Notes under the pieces: model-generated | What the model saw: only the letters and a program-made list of their open reading frames with translations | The model's database searches: none | What the model was told of the DNA's origin: nothing | Virus record (IMG/VR): IMGVR_UViG_3300030207_001297 | Span: 1-30,952 of that record | DNA: 30,952 nucleotides | Strand: one strand, 5' to 3' | Source: a virus | Taxonomy: Duplodnaviria; Caudoviricetes | Translations under genes and position numbers: made by a program | Part shown: in pieces, positions 10,429-19,294 of the stretch | Position numbering within the stretch: position 1 is the stretch's first letter | Layout: each line of letters starts with the position of its first letter

Positions 10429-11504
10429 CAATACATGATTCAGGTGGTAATTATACCAACCTTGTCCAACAACAACATGATGAAGATAATAATTTATTAA
10501 GTTGTCCTAAGTGTGGGTCAACTCACTTAATTAAAAAAGGTAGAGATAGCAAGACACAAGGACAACCACAACGATATCAATGTTCTGAATGTGGACACAA
10601 AACAGTACACCCTAAAAAGTGTATGAATTACGAAGTAGACAATCCATTCACAGAAGAAGAAATACCTACTGATGAATTGATACAACAACGGATTGATGTT
10701 TTTAATCGTAAAGAGAAACGAGAGAACAACGAAGAATTTTTAAATATAAAAATCAAAGACGACAAACCTATTGGTTTATACATATGTGGCGACCCACATA
10801 TAGATGACGATGGTTGCGATATGCCAAGTCTTATTAAGCACATGGATATCACTAACAAAACTGATGGGATGTTTGCTTGTAATGTAGGAGACTTGCAGAA
10901 CAACTGGGCAAGAAGAACAAAACTTGCAGGGTTGTGGGCAGAACAATCAACTACTAGCACACAAGCATTTCAACTTACTGAATGGTTGATTAGATATACT
11001 GATTGGTTATTCATTGTTGCAGGTAATCATGATATGTGGTCAGGTGATGGTGACCCTTTGAAATGGATATGCCGACCACTTAAAACTACATATCAACCAC
11101 ACAACATAAGAGTCAAGCTACACTTACCTAGTCATAAAATAAAAGTTAATTGCTCACATAATTTTAGAGGGAACTCTATATACAATACGGCACACGGCAT
11201 TGTAAGACACGCACTTTTTAATTCAAGAGACCATTTGTTAATGGCAGGACACAGACATATCAGTGGATATATGCCAGTTAAAGATGCAAATGAATCTATC
11301 ATCATGCACTGTGTACAAGTTGGGTCATATAAAAAGTATGACAACTATGCAAAGATGTTAAATCTTCCTAACAAAATGATGTCGCCATGTGCAGTCGCAA
11401 TATTTAATACAAGATTACCTGATACACACCCTGACTTTACTAAGATATTTTGGGAAGTAGAAGAAGGTGCAGAATACCTAACTTTTTTACGGAAGAAAAA
11501 ATGA
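10425..11504 (+). CDS. Zn-ribbon fused to calcineurin-like metallophosphoesterase
   Basis: CPKC...CSEC ribbon; GDPH, VGD, GNHD, SH and GHRH metal-binding motifs. Confidence 0.8.
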   Translation: MTIHDSGGNYTNLVQQQHDEDNNLLSCPKCGSTHLIKKGRDSKTQGQPQRYQCSECGHKTVHPKKCMNYEVDNPFTEEEIPTDELIQQRIDVFNRKEKRENNEEFLNIKIKDDKPIGLYICGDPHIDDDGCDMPSLIKHMDITNKTDGMFACNVGDLQNNWARRTKLAGLWAEQSTTSTQAFQLTEWLIRYTDWLFIVAGNHDMWSGDGDPLKWICRPLKTTYQPHNIRVKLHLPSHKIKVNCSHNFRGNSIYNTAHGIVRHALFNSRDHLLMAGHRHISGYMPVKDANESIIMHCVQVGSYKKYDNYAKMLNLPNKMMSPCAVAIFNTRLPDTHPDFTKIFWEVEEGAEYLTFLRKKK

Positions 11505-11860
11505 GAGCAAGACTTACGTTAATACATTGGGAAGATGCAATAACCCCCACTGATGGTTGGACAGATATATCTGAATTGGTTTCAGAACTAGCTGACTGTG
11601 TATCTGTAGGTTTTGTTGTAGAAGAAAATGACAAGACTATTACAATCGTATCTCATATATCAGGAGATGATGAAGGTACAGATATAGATGGTAGTTTAGT
11701 CCTGGATAAGAGTTGGATTAAATACAGACAAGATTTAATTATCAATCATACACCTGATAAAGATATTGCTGAACTGGTAGGCAAGTGGTTAGATGGTAGC
11801 TTGATTGTTAAGAAAGCAAAAGACAAACTTAAAAGGAAAACAAATGCCGAGAACAAGTGA
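11501..11860 (+). CDS. conserved phage hypothetical protein (W.DA...GW...SVGF type)
   Basis: ATG 11501 overlaps the previous stop; IHWEDA...CVSVGFVVEE motif. Confidence 0.6.
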   Translation: MRARLTLIHWEDAITPTDGWTDISELVSELADCVSVGFVVEENDKTITIVSHISGDDEGTDIDGSLVLDKSWIKYRQDLIINHTPDKDIAELVGKWLDGSLIVKKAKDKLKRKTNAENK

Positions 11861-12344
11861 TATAGAAAAAGAACAAAAGTTTATAGATTACTTTACCAAT
11901 GGAAGCACTGCATCAAATGCAACTGCGTCTGCCAAGAAAGCAGGGTACACAAAAAACCCTAGCCAACATGGTTATTGGTTAAGAAAAAAATATGAGAAAG
12001 AAATCAGAAGCATAAACGAAACCAAGATTACTTCAACATCTAGCTTGGCTATTGATGTGCTAAAAGATTTACTTATAAACTCTGAACAAGATTCAGTCAA
12101 ACTTAACACAGCTAAACTGTTATTAGAACTAGGTAATTACAGCTCACAAAACATTAACCTAACTGTTGATGATACTAAAAACAAAACAGACGAGGAGTTG
12201 ATTAAAGAACTCAACGAGTTGTTGCTTAAAGTTCCAGGGTTTAAAACTAAACTAGGTTTCAAGAACTCTGCACAGGATGTGGAGTCTATGGATAACACCG
12301 AATCAGACCCATCTAATCAAGCCGAGAAGCCGTTATCTCATTAA
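11844..12344 (+). CDS. terS: terminase small subunit-like protein
   Basis: ATG 11844 after AAGGA; EQKFIDYF...NATASAKKAGY HTH typical of TerS; downstream VKLNTAKLLLELG and TDEELIKEL motifs. Confidence 0.7.
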   Translation: MPRTSDIEKEQKFIDYFTNGSTASNATASAKKAGYTKNPSQHGYWLRKKYEKEIRSINETKITSTSSLAIDVLKDLLINSEQDSVKLNTAKLLLELGNYSSQNINLTVDDTKNKTDEELIKELNELLLKVPGFKTKLGFKNSAQDVESMDNTESDPSNQAEKPLSH

Positions 12345-12874
12345 CAACCTAGCTTTGCTAGTGCTGTCATCTCAATATCTATAATCTTTTTCATGGCATC
12401 TTCATATAAGTGTTTGATTTTCTTATATGTTTTGTCATCTATTCTCATAATAGATTTTCTTACCACATCATCAAATATAAATACCCCATCCACGCAATGA
12501 TTACACTTAGTAATTGAGTTGCTTAATATGATTGAGCCAACCCCATTACAAAATGGACAGGTGTGCATCGTTGATTCCATGAACGAACAGCTCACTACGG
12601 AGGAGATAAGCTCCTCATCCATGTCATCAACTTCTTCCCATAGCTTAAATTTGAGGAAAAAACTATGAGAAATATATTCTCTTAAATTTTTCTTAGCTCC
12701 ATCATCATCAAAATATTTAGCCAATATAATATTGACCTCATAATTTTTCAATCCATTGTAAGATAATATTGTTTGTATGTCACTGGCACTAACAGAATCA
12801 TGAGACTTGCTAGTACCAATGCCATTCATATCAATAGATTTAGGAAACAATATTGATAAGATTTCTAATTTCAT
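12341..12874 (-). CDS. antiterminator Q-like Zn-finger protein
   Basis: CPFCNGVG...CNHCVDG finger with a helical C-terminus; last gene of the early operon, as for lambdoid Q. Confidence 0.5.
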   Translation of the reverse strand: MKLEILSILFPKSIDMNGIGTSKSHDSVSASDIQTILSYNGLKNYEVNIILAKYFDDDGAKKNLREYISHSFFLKFKLWEEVDDMDEELISSVVSCSFMESTMHTCPFCNGVGSIILSNSITKCNHCVDGVFIFDDVVRKSIMRIDDKTYKKIKHLYEDAMKKIIDIEMTALAKLGC

Positions 12875-13197
12875 TTATCAATACTTCTGTTATAAAGTAT
12901 CCCACCAATTTTACTTGTATAATTTTTTACTGTCTCACCACTATCAAAATAAGTCCTATCGCCATGTAGATAATATTCTGCCGTGTTCATAGCATCAAAT
13001 ATATACTTTAATTTATATTTTCTAACATAAGAATTTATAATTCCTTGCCATTTATAATCATGAGGAATACATACATACAAATTATAATCTTCTAAAATAT
13101 TGGTATAATATTTTTGTGCCAGTTCTTGTCTCTGTTCGAGAGTAATGGTATTTACAATTTTACCATCACTCCCATACACTTTTTCTTCAATAATCAT
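12871..13197 (-). CDS. hypothetical protein
   Basis: 108 aa, ATGA-coupled within the - strand operon. Confidence 0.55.
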   Translation of the reverse strand: MIIEEKVYGSDGKIVNTITLEQRQELAQKYYTNILEDYNLYVCIPHDYKWQGIINSYVRKYKLKYIFDAMNTAEYYLHGDRTYFDSGETVKNYTSKIGGILYNRSIDK

Positions 13198-13433
13198 TTG
13201 TTATCTAAGTGTTTCCAAACTCTATACTTTTCTTTTGCTATAGTTCTGAATTTAACCTTGTATCCTTTTTTGTAAGCATCATGCCTTACAGCATCTACGA
13301 TTCTATAATCATTTACAACAAAAGATTCTCCACCTTCCATAGCACTCAAAGTATCTAAGTAAGTTTGGTACTTACTTACCCTGCCTGTATCAACAATATC
13401 TTTCTCTATCTTAATACTAACTTTGTTGTTCAT
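13194..13433 (-). CDS. small putative DNA-binding protein
   Basis: GRVSKY...MEGGESFVV...KFRT....YRVWK pattern seen in small phage DNA-binding proteins. Confidence 0.5.
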   Translation of the reverse strand: MNNKVSIKIEKDIVDTGRVSKYQTYLDTLSAMEGGESFVVNDYRIVDAVRHDAYKKGYKVKFRTIAKEKYRVWKHLDNK

Positions 13434-13644
13434 TCAGTTTTTCTTTCCTCGCTTTAGCATACTCTCTCATCTTAGCTAATCTTTCCTGCCTTTGTTCAGG
13501 AGTTTCATTAGCCAATTTCATTTTCTTCTTACTTAAAAGACCAGGCACACCATCCCTATCGTGTTTATTTTCTTGATAGTATTTCCTAGTGTACTCGTTC
13601 TTTCTATCCCTGTTTTTGGAATACCATCTATCCCAATCATTCAT
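13417..13644 (-). CDS. basic helical hypothetical protein
   Basis: 75 aa, K/R/E-rich, AGGAG RBS. Confidence 0.55.
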   Translation of the reverse strand: MNDWDRWYSKNRDRKNEYTRKYYQENKHDRDGVPGLLSKKKMKLANETPEQRQERLAKMREYAKARKEKLNEQQS

Positions 13645-13647
13645 GTT

Positions 13648-13926
13648 TTACTCCTGTCTGTTTGACTCTTTTATTTGTAGGTTAGCAGACTTGTATCCTT
13701 TGTCCTCCTCTATCTGACCCCATAAAGATAAGTCATATGTGACTCCTTTCTTAATATGAAAGTCCTCATGAGCTTTGAACTTATTATTACCTGCTATTGG
13801 TTTAGGGTTAGTCCCCTCTGTTTCTTTATGTATTTGTAATTGTTTAAACAATACCTCTACAATATCTTTGTAGTCCTGTCCGAAAAACAGTTTCATTGAT
13901 ATTCTATCTTTGTTTTGCTCTGACAT
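13648..13926 (-). CDS. hypothetical, possibly SSB-like beta protein
   Basis: Start moved to ATG 13926 (MSEQNK) after GGAGG; follows the ERF/exonuclease module; YDLSLW...SANLQIKE. Function inferred. Confidence 0.45.
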   Translation of the reverse strand: MSEQNKDRISMKLFFGQDYKDIVEVLFKQLQIHKETEGTNPKPIAGNNKFKAHEDFHIKKGVTYDLSLWGQIEEDKGYKSANLQIKESNRQE

Positions 13927-13927
13927 A

Positions 13928-14284
13928 TTATCCTCCATTCTGTTGGTAGAACCCTTTTTCTCTGCGTTCATTAGCACTCAGTGTTTGAAACAAACGCAAC
14001 TTGTGTTCTAAGTTATTTATTTTCCCTGTTAAAAGGGACTCTTGTTCTTTAGCTTCTGCAATCTTATCAACATACTTAATAACATCTTCATCCGTACTAG
14101 CTATAGAGTCTTTCATTGACTGTGTTGCTTTTAAATCAGCAGTATTAATCATAGCTAATGAGTACGCAATCTTGCGTTGCTCTGTATATTTATAAATATC
14201 AGCAGTAGCTTTTGCTCTTTTCTCCGTGAGCTTGTCGTGATAGTCCAATGCTTGTTCTAATTCTATATCAGGCAACTTGAACAT
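13928..14284 (-). CDS. coiled-coil protein (possible recombination mediator)
   Basis: All-helical 118 aa in the recombination module. Confidence 0.5.
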   Translation of the reverse strand: MFKLPDIELEQALDYHDKLTEKRAKATADIYKYTEQRKIAYSLAMINTADLKATQSMKDSIASTDEDVIKYVDKIAEAKEQESLLTGKINNLEHKLRLFQTLSANERREKGFYQQNGG

Positions 14285-14903
14285 CTAACTCTCCATCATA
14301 TATAAACTCTTTCTTGTGAGTTCTTTTTGTTTTAAAGTTCTTATCCATCTCTCCTTTAAGTAGATAGGTAGAGAACTCAAATATTTTTGGGAACATAAAG
14401 TCATGCACATACTTTTCATTCTTTGGTATATACATGATAGTTGAATTATTCATCTGATATACACAGACCCATGTCCCATCCTTACCTGTAAGATACTGTT
14501 GAAAATATATCTGAGGTAAATACCTATGAATATATTTTTGAGCATCATCTTGCACATAGTATGGAGCTTTTATTTCTACCAGGTGATTGTCCCCTATGTA
14601 TCCATCAGGAGTACATGACAATATTACTGAGTCATCATTGTTGCTCATGTAATCTGCCTGAGTATTTATCTGTTCTCCTAATAAATCTAAACCACAGTTA
14701 TGAACTAAGTCACCTGTATGTAGCATAACCTCTGCTATACCATACCTCTCACAATCTTTTCCGTGTTGTGTGTACTCTTGATTGACAGGTTTCTCATCTT
14801 TGTTTCCCACAAGTATTTCAAAATAGTTTTGCCTGGAGCAATAGGCATCCGTGCCTATCACCCTACTAATCATACTTGCTCTTAGGTTATAAACTTTGCC
14901 CAA
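14268..14903 (-). CDS. YqaJ/lambda-exonuclease family nuclease
   Basis: LRAS, HG...E, SCTPDG, VEIKAP and YLPQ motifs of the PD-(D/E)xK exonuclease. Confidence 0.85.
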   Translation of the reverse strand: MGKVYNLRASMISRVIGTDAYCSRQNYFEILVGNKDEKPVNQEYTQHGKDCERYGIAEVMLHTGDLVHNCGLDLLGEQINTQADYMSNNDDSVILSCTPDGYIGDNHLVEIKAPYYVQDDAQKYIHRYLPQIYFQQYLTGKDGTWVCVYQMNNSTIMYIPKNEKYVHDFMFPKIFEFSTYLLKGEMDKNFKTKRTHKKEFIYDGELDVQVA

Positions 14904-15390
14904 GTTCTTCAGCTCCTACGGATTTACTTTGAATTTTATCTTTAAGTTTTTCCAAGTCTCCGTTGATGTTGGTATTACTCTTTACAACCTTTGGTTTCTT
15001 ATTGGTTTTCTTTTCCTCGGTAGCTTTATTACCATCGTCATCTTCAGATGGTAGACCGAACAACGACTGCAACCCATATCTTTTTGCATAAGTTATACCT
15101 GACCCCATCTGATGTGGGTTATCTATATCTTTGCATTTGACTGGGACTTTACAATTAATAACATCATTACAATCTATATGTCTTATAATAGTTTCAACAT
15201 ATACATTTTGTTCTGAGTCATAATCTATCCTTTGCACAAATACTAAACCAAACTGACTAGCTTGATTGACAGCACTTATGACATCCTCCAGGGTAGAGTA
15301 GTCGCTGTTAAAGTGTGGATTGTTTCCACCCTTGTTTGCACTTACTTTGAGTTTATGAAACTCATTGAGTGCCATTAATAGTTTATTCAT
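14887..15390 (-). CDS. erf: ERF family single-strand annealing protein
   Basis: NPHFNSDYSTLEDV and MGSGITYAKRYGL...GL..EDDDGN signature. Confidence 0.92.
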   Translation of the reverse strand: MNKLLMALNEFHKLKVSANKGGNNPHFNSDYSTLEDVISAVNQASQFGLVFVQRIDYDSEQNVYVETIIRHIDCNDVINCKVPVKCKDIDNPHQMGSGITYAKRYGLQSLFGLPSEDDDGNKATEEKKTNKKPKVVKSNTNINGDLEKLKDKIQSKSVGAEELGQSL

Positions 15391-15599
15391 ATGTTTGTAC
15401 CTCCATATGTTTCTCTAAGGTTTTTTGTTTGACTTGATGGTTTACAACCATGTCTCTTTCGACACTTACCCAGTATTTCTCTGTCCTCATCACAGTTATA
15501 AATACCATCCAAGTGTCCTGGTTTATAACAGGTGACTAATCCGTCACCATGTTTATCTCTTGCATAACAGACAAAGTCTGTCTTTGGATTGTAGCTCAT
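15387..15599 (-). CDS. Cys-containing hypothetical protein
   Basis: 70 aa with AGGAGG RBS, directly after a promoter. Confidence 0.55.
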   Translation of the reverse strand: MSYNPKTDFVCYARDKHGDGLVTCYKPGHLDGIYNCDEDREILGKCRKRHGCKPSSQTKNLRETYGGTNI

Positions 15600-15619
15600 T
15601 CTATACCTCCTAATTGTTT

Positions 15620-15648
15620 AATATATACTAACGCATTATGTATGTCAA
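15620..15648 (-). promoter_or_regulatory. sigma70-type promoter for the recombination genes
   Basis: Minus strand TTGACA-17 nt-TATATT, followed by AGGAGG and ATG 15599. Confidence 0.7.
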
Positions 15649-15923
15649 TCATTAAGTAAATCATTTACTATCTCCAACAATTCTTCCTGCGTTCCATATT
15701 TTTCTTCCCACTTCTTTGTATTAGTATGCACCCCATCTCTGCCTTGGTGGTGTTCCCAACAGAGAGGTAGAGCATCCTTGCTCTTTTGACCCATCCCTAG
15801 ACCTTTAGTTCTAACATGATGTATACAAGGGTCGCTGTGTACTCCGTACTGTAATCGACACACGATACATCCCAGGGAAACTAATCTTTGATAGTATTCC
15901 CTAGTTTTTTTATTTGGCTTCAT
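15645..15923 (-). CDS. Ref/DUF968-like HNH Zn-binding nuclease
   Basis: LGCIVC...CIHHVR..GMGQK...LPLCWEHHQG signature. Confidence 0.75.
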   Translation of the reverse strand: MKPNKKTREYYQRLVSLGCIVCRLQYGVHSDPCIHHVRTKGLGMGQKSKDALPLCWEHHQGRDGVHTNTKKWEEKYGTQEELLEIVNDLLND

Positions 15924-16125
15924 GCAATATGTACTCTACAAAATAACCATCTTTACCTTTTTGCTCTACACTTTCGATGTTGTATCCATCTCTGTGTCTG
16001 AGGTTAAAGATAATTGCTGATAGTCTTGTTGCTCTGTACTTAGTAAATGCTGTCCAGGTTGTGATACTGCCATACTTAATCAAGTGTTCTAGTACCTTCC
16101 TAGCTTTACTTTTCTTCTTCGCCAT
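15910..16125 (-). CDS. winged-helix HTH protein
   Basis: VLEHL...GSIT...A...ATRLSAIIFNLR..GYNI motif; GGAGG RBS. Confidence 0.75.
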   Translation of the reverse strand: MAKKKSKARKVLEHLIKYGSITTWTAFTKYRATRLSAIIFNLRHRDGYNIESVEQKGKDGYFVEYILHEAK

Positions 16126-16543
16126 GTCTGACCTCCATTGTGTTTTTGTTCTTGAAGTTTTCCAAGAACTGTTTAATTTTAACTCTGTTTTCAGCTACCA
16201 CTTTCTCATCAATGACAACTGAGTCCTTGCTTATTTGTTTTCTAAATCTCTCCTCACGCACATACTTGTGTGATAACTCCTTACATATTTGTGCTACCTC
16301 TCTTAAATCAGGACACCACTCCTTGCTCTCCATCAATGGACTATTGACATTGAACAAGTCGTTATGAAGTACCTCATCAATGTAGGGTACTTGATTGAGT
16401 GTCCTTTTCCATACTTTAGCTGTCAATGATAAGTCTCCCTTACCATTGACTGCCGTGCCATAGGATGACTTAAACTTGTGTCCGAAAAAACTATTCATCA
16501 TTACAAAAAAGTTTGCAATGTCCTCGTCATTCATCATAATCAA
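16106..16543 (-). CDS. replication protein P/helicase-loader-like protein
   Basis: Directly downstream of the initiator; FGHKF.SSYG...W...EWCP.L.E pattern. Confidence 0.5.
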   Translation of the reverse strand: MIMMNDEDIANFFVMMNSFFGHKFKSSYGTAVNGKGDLSLTAKVWKRTLNQVPYIDEVLHNDLFNVNSPLMESKEWCPDLREVAQICKELSHKYVREERFRKQISKDSVVIDEKVVAENRVKIKQFLENFKNKNTMEVRHGEEEK

Positions 16544-17003
16544 CTACCTCTTTCCTTAATAACCTTATCCTATCAGCTTCTTTATCAGCAACAGATTTAT
16601 CTTTTGTATTATTATCTAATATATTCTTATCTATTCTAGGTGTAAGTTTGTTGTTAGATGCTGACAAGTTTCTTCGTACTGCTCTACTATAATTGTCCTG
16701 TATTTCTTTGAGTTTTGGTACTGTGATTTGAATACTTTTACCAAAGTCTTTGCTTACTAACAACTCGCTTTGCTCAAAGTTTGCCAATAGTTTTGTCAAA
16801 GTTCTTTGATTGATACCACCTAGCATTGATTTGAGGTAGCTTGTTTGAAACTCAACTGTTGGATTGTCTACATCCTCAACCCTCATTGATACCATCTCTA
16901 CTATGCAAAAGTAAAATCCGTATCCTTGAAGGAAGTTTGGCTCACAAGCTAACCTCAGTCTTGCTGATTGGTGGCTATCACTCTTATGTTTAAACCACTT
17001 CAT
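16527..17003 (-). CDS. phage replication initiator/replisome organizer-like protein
   Basis: MKWFKH.SD start, GYGFYFCIVE, and a C-terminal low-complexity IDKNILDNNTKDK tract typical of phage initiators. Confidence 0.6.
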   Translation of the reverse strand: MKWFKHKSDSHQSARLRLACEPNFLQGYGFYFCIVEMVSMRVEDVDNPTVEFQTSYLKSMLGGINQRTLTKLLANFEQSELLVSKDFGKSIQITVPKLKEIQDNYSRAVRRNLSASNNKLTPRIDKNILDNNTKDKSVADKEADRIRLLRKEVVDYDE

Positions 17004-17206
17004 TCCTGTTCTCTTTTCTGCTCTGCTAAAGACTCAACCATCATATCCCACCTTGTTTCAAGGTCGTCTAAATATTTGGTGGCTTCCTCTCCAGGCATAC
17101 CTGCATCCAATAGAAGTTTATAAGCATGACCTCTGTTATAATCTTCTCCTGAACTTTCAATTTCCTCCATCGCATCGAAGTACATTGTGTTGTATGTTCT
17201 ACTCAT
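17000..17206 (-). CDS. acidic hypothetical protein
   Basis: 68 aa with GGAGG RBS. Confidence 0.55.
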   Translation of the reverse strand: MSRTYNTMYFDAMEEIESSGEDYNRGHAYKLLLDAGMPGEEATKYLDDLETRWDMMVESLAEQKREQE

Positions 17207-17218
17207 TTACTTTTCCTC

Positions 17219-17518
17219 CTATTTTATTTCTCTCAATGTTTCCCATTTTCTAGCATCATCTAAATCTAAATCAATTTGATAATACTTTTTAGTAACTGGA
17301 CTCCAATAAGTTTCATAATGAATTAAATCTCCATCACTTAATTCAAGTTTTAGATGTGCTAAATCTTCTTTTTCTTGTTTTCTTAATTTCTTAACTTGTT
17401 CATCTGAGTAATCAAACTTATTCTCATATGTATAAGTCAAATCAATCTCGGAAAATATTACATTGTCATCATCATCTGTAATACATTTTCCACCTAATTT
17501 TTCTATCTTATCTTTCAT
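17219..17518 (-). CDS. hypothetical protein
   Basis: 99 aa with GAGG RBS. Confidence 0.55.
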   Translation of the reverse strand: MKDKIEKLGGKCITDDDDNVIFSEIDLTYTYENKFDYSDEQVKKLRKQEKEDLAHLKLELSDGDLIHYETYWSPVTKKYYQIDLDLDDARKWETLREIK

Positions 17519-17782
17519 TTACTTTTCCTCTTTAATTAATTTTTTAAGTGCCATGACATATGCGTCAGGGTCAGCTAAATCACAAATTAAATCTAACTCA
17601 TGATGTTTTTTATTTATGTGTGTTCTATCAGTGCCAACAGCATAAGGTCTCCCCAATGCCTTCATTCTTCCCCATGCCCATATCTGATTATTAAATGTGC
17701 CAAGTTTAGATTTTTCTTCTAAGATACCATCTTCGTCTAATAACGGCTCATCAGAGAACACTTCATTATATTTCTTGTTCAT
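17519..17782 (-). CDS. hypothetical protein
   Basis: 87 aa; no obvious SD; preceded by a structured element. Confidence 0.5.
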   Translation of the reverse strand: MNKKYNEVFSDEPLLDEDGILEEKSKLGTFNNQIWAWGRMKALGRPYAVGTDRTHINKKHHELDLICDLADPDAYVMALKKLIKEEK

Positions 17783-17793
17783 AATTCTTTTTA

Positions 17794-17856
17794 GGGTACA
17801 CTAGATAACACTAAGAGACAGTGAGAGTCCTTTCGGACTGGCTACCTAGTGTACCT
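17794..17856 (-). other. three-way-junction structured intergenic element
   Basis: Minus strand: outer stem GGTACACTAGGTAG/TTATCTAGTGTACC (2 G-U), inner AGTCC-GAAA-GGACT and CACT...AGTG hairpins. Confidence 0.6.
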
Positions 17857-17862
17857 GAGATA

Positions 17863-18159
17863 CTACATCTCACTCCTGATGTTTTTTAATACATCTGCTA
17901 TTAACATATCTAATTGCTTCCTACAATCATCTGCCGTTGCATCCTTCCATCCGTCTAAGAATTGGTCTGCATTGCTTGTCATCATAGATAACATCTTATC
18001 GTATGAGTCCGTAATGTTGTTTACCCTCTCGGACATTGGTATGTTTGCACTGATGTATGTATGCAATCTTACCTTTGCTACTGGGTCTTTTGGTAGACCA
18101 TTGAACATCAAGTGTTCAAGCATAGCATTTTTAAATTTAGTTTCTAATTTCTTGTCCAT
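17863..18159 (-). CDS. hypothetical protein
   Basis: 98 aa with ACATAGGAG leader like the repeat family. Confidence 0.6.
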   Translation of the reverse strand: MDKKLETKFKNAMLEHLMFNGLPKDPVAKVRLHTYISANIPMSERVNNITDSYDKMLSMMTSNADQFLDGWKDATADDCRKQLDMLIADVLKNIRSEM

Positions 18160-18166
18160 GTTTCTC

Positions 18167-18694
18167 CTATGTGTCTATGAACTTAGCTTGTCCACAGTTT
18201 TCCTGTATGTATCTTTTACGTAGTTCAGGGTTATCTCCCATTAATATCTTAACCAGTAAGGCATCATCACTACACTCTGATATCATCTTGTTTATTTTCT
18301 TAACACGACTATCCCACATTGTTCCTCTGATTATACACTTTTTCCTCTTGATATCAACAACTTCTAAAACTCTTTGTTTTATTAGATTGTTTACTTGCCT
18401 GAGTATCTGTCCGTCAGACTGGTCTTTTGGGTTGCCGTTCCTGTAATGTTTGAAACGTGGGAATACCATCTTCAAGTAAGTGTATAACTTACTCTTGTGG
18501 AAAACCCAATTCCTACCTTGTGGATGTTTCTCTCCACAAAAACAATCCGTGCCATACCCATCATATATAAATATTCTTAGTATCAAATCTTGTATATCTT
18601 CAGGTGTCTCAACCACACCATCAAAGAATGACAACAGATATTTTTTATTCTTTGTTAATCTTTTAATATTACACCTCCGTATACTCGTGGTCAT
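18167..18694 (-). CDS. hypothetical protein (start uncertain: ATG 18694 or ATT 18667)
   Basis: Long basic ORF within the operon. Confidence 0.55.
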   Translation of the reverse strand: MTTSIRRCNIKRLTKNKKYLLSFFDGVVETPEDIQDLILRIFIYDGYGTDCFCGEKHPQGRNWVFHKSKLYTYLKMVFPRFKHYRNGNPKDQSDGQILRQVNNLIKQRVLEVVDIKRKKCIIRGTMWDSRVKKINKMISECSDDALLVKILMGDNPELRKRYIQENCGQAKFIDT

Positions 18695-18872
18695 AACCTT
18701 GATAATCCTCGATTATTTCCCCTGTTACTGCATTTTCTCTATACACATCATAGTAGCCACAATCTTTGCAACCCATAATGTGTCCTATTTCATCATCACT
18801 AAATGTTTCTATGTAGGCATTGTATGATTTACATTCAGTACAACACCATCTTCCTGTACTACTACTCATCAT
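18669..18872 (-). CDS. Zn-ribbon protein
   Basis: CTEC...CKDCG; GGAGG RBS. Confidence 0.6.
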   Translation of the reverse strand: MMSSSTGRWCCTECKSYNAYIETFSDDEIGHIMGCKDCGYYDVYRENAVTGEIIEDYQGYDHEYTEV

Positions 18873-19068
18873 CTTCCTCCTGTATCTTTGGCTCGAAACC
18901 TAACTCAGACTTGATATACTTTTTTTCATCTTCGGTATAATGTTCTTCCCAAAAACTCTCGATATCAAATTCTTCCCATTGTTTAGTTCTTGTTTCTAAA
19001 AAATAAAGTTCTCCATTAATAACAGTTAGAGTTCCTTTATCTTTAATTTGTATAGATTTATTTGGCAT
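18862..19068 (-). CDS. acidic hypothetical protein
   Basis: 68 aa with GGAGG RBS. Confidence 0.55.
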   Translation of the reverse strand: MPNKSIQIKDKGTLTVINGELYFLETRTKQWEEFDIESFWEEHYTEDEKKYIKSELGFEPKIQEEDDE

Positions 19069-19086
19069 TTTATTTATTCCTCCGTT

Positions 19087-19281
19087 CTATATAATTATTA
19101 TCGTTATAATCAATATCAGTCCCACACTGCTTGACCAAAACAGAACAAACTCCTCATGTCCTGCTCTCCACATCTCGATTAAATATACAATCGTTGCTCC
19201 GATTAATGCAATCGTGCAAAACAATCCCATATAAAACCATATGTAAACTACCATATCTAATTCATCCATATTTGCTGTCAT
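19087..19281 (-). CDS. small two-TM membrane protein
   Basis: Two hydrophobic helices; AGGAGG RBS. Confidence 0.6.
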   Translation of the reverse strand: MTANMDELDMVVYIWFYMGLFCTIALIGATIVYLIEMWRAGHEEFVLFWSSSVGLILIITIIII

Positions 19282-19294
19282 AATTTTATTCCTC

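Noticed and set aside
10480-10610. IS1 transposase/insertion sequence
   Set aside because: Only a Zn ribbon is present, fused in frame to a phosphoesterase; no DDE domain or terminal inverted repeats seen.
17794-17856. Hammerhead ribozyme or tRNA
   Set aside because: No CUGANGA core in the junction, GAAA is a hairpin loop, and there is no T-arm GTTC or cloverleaf.
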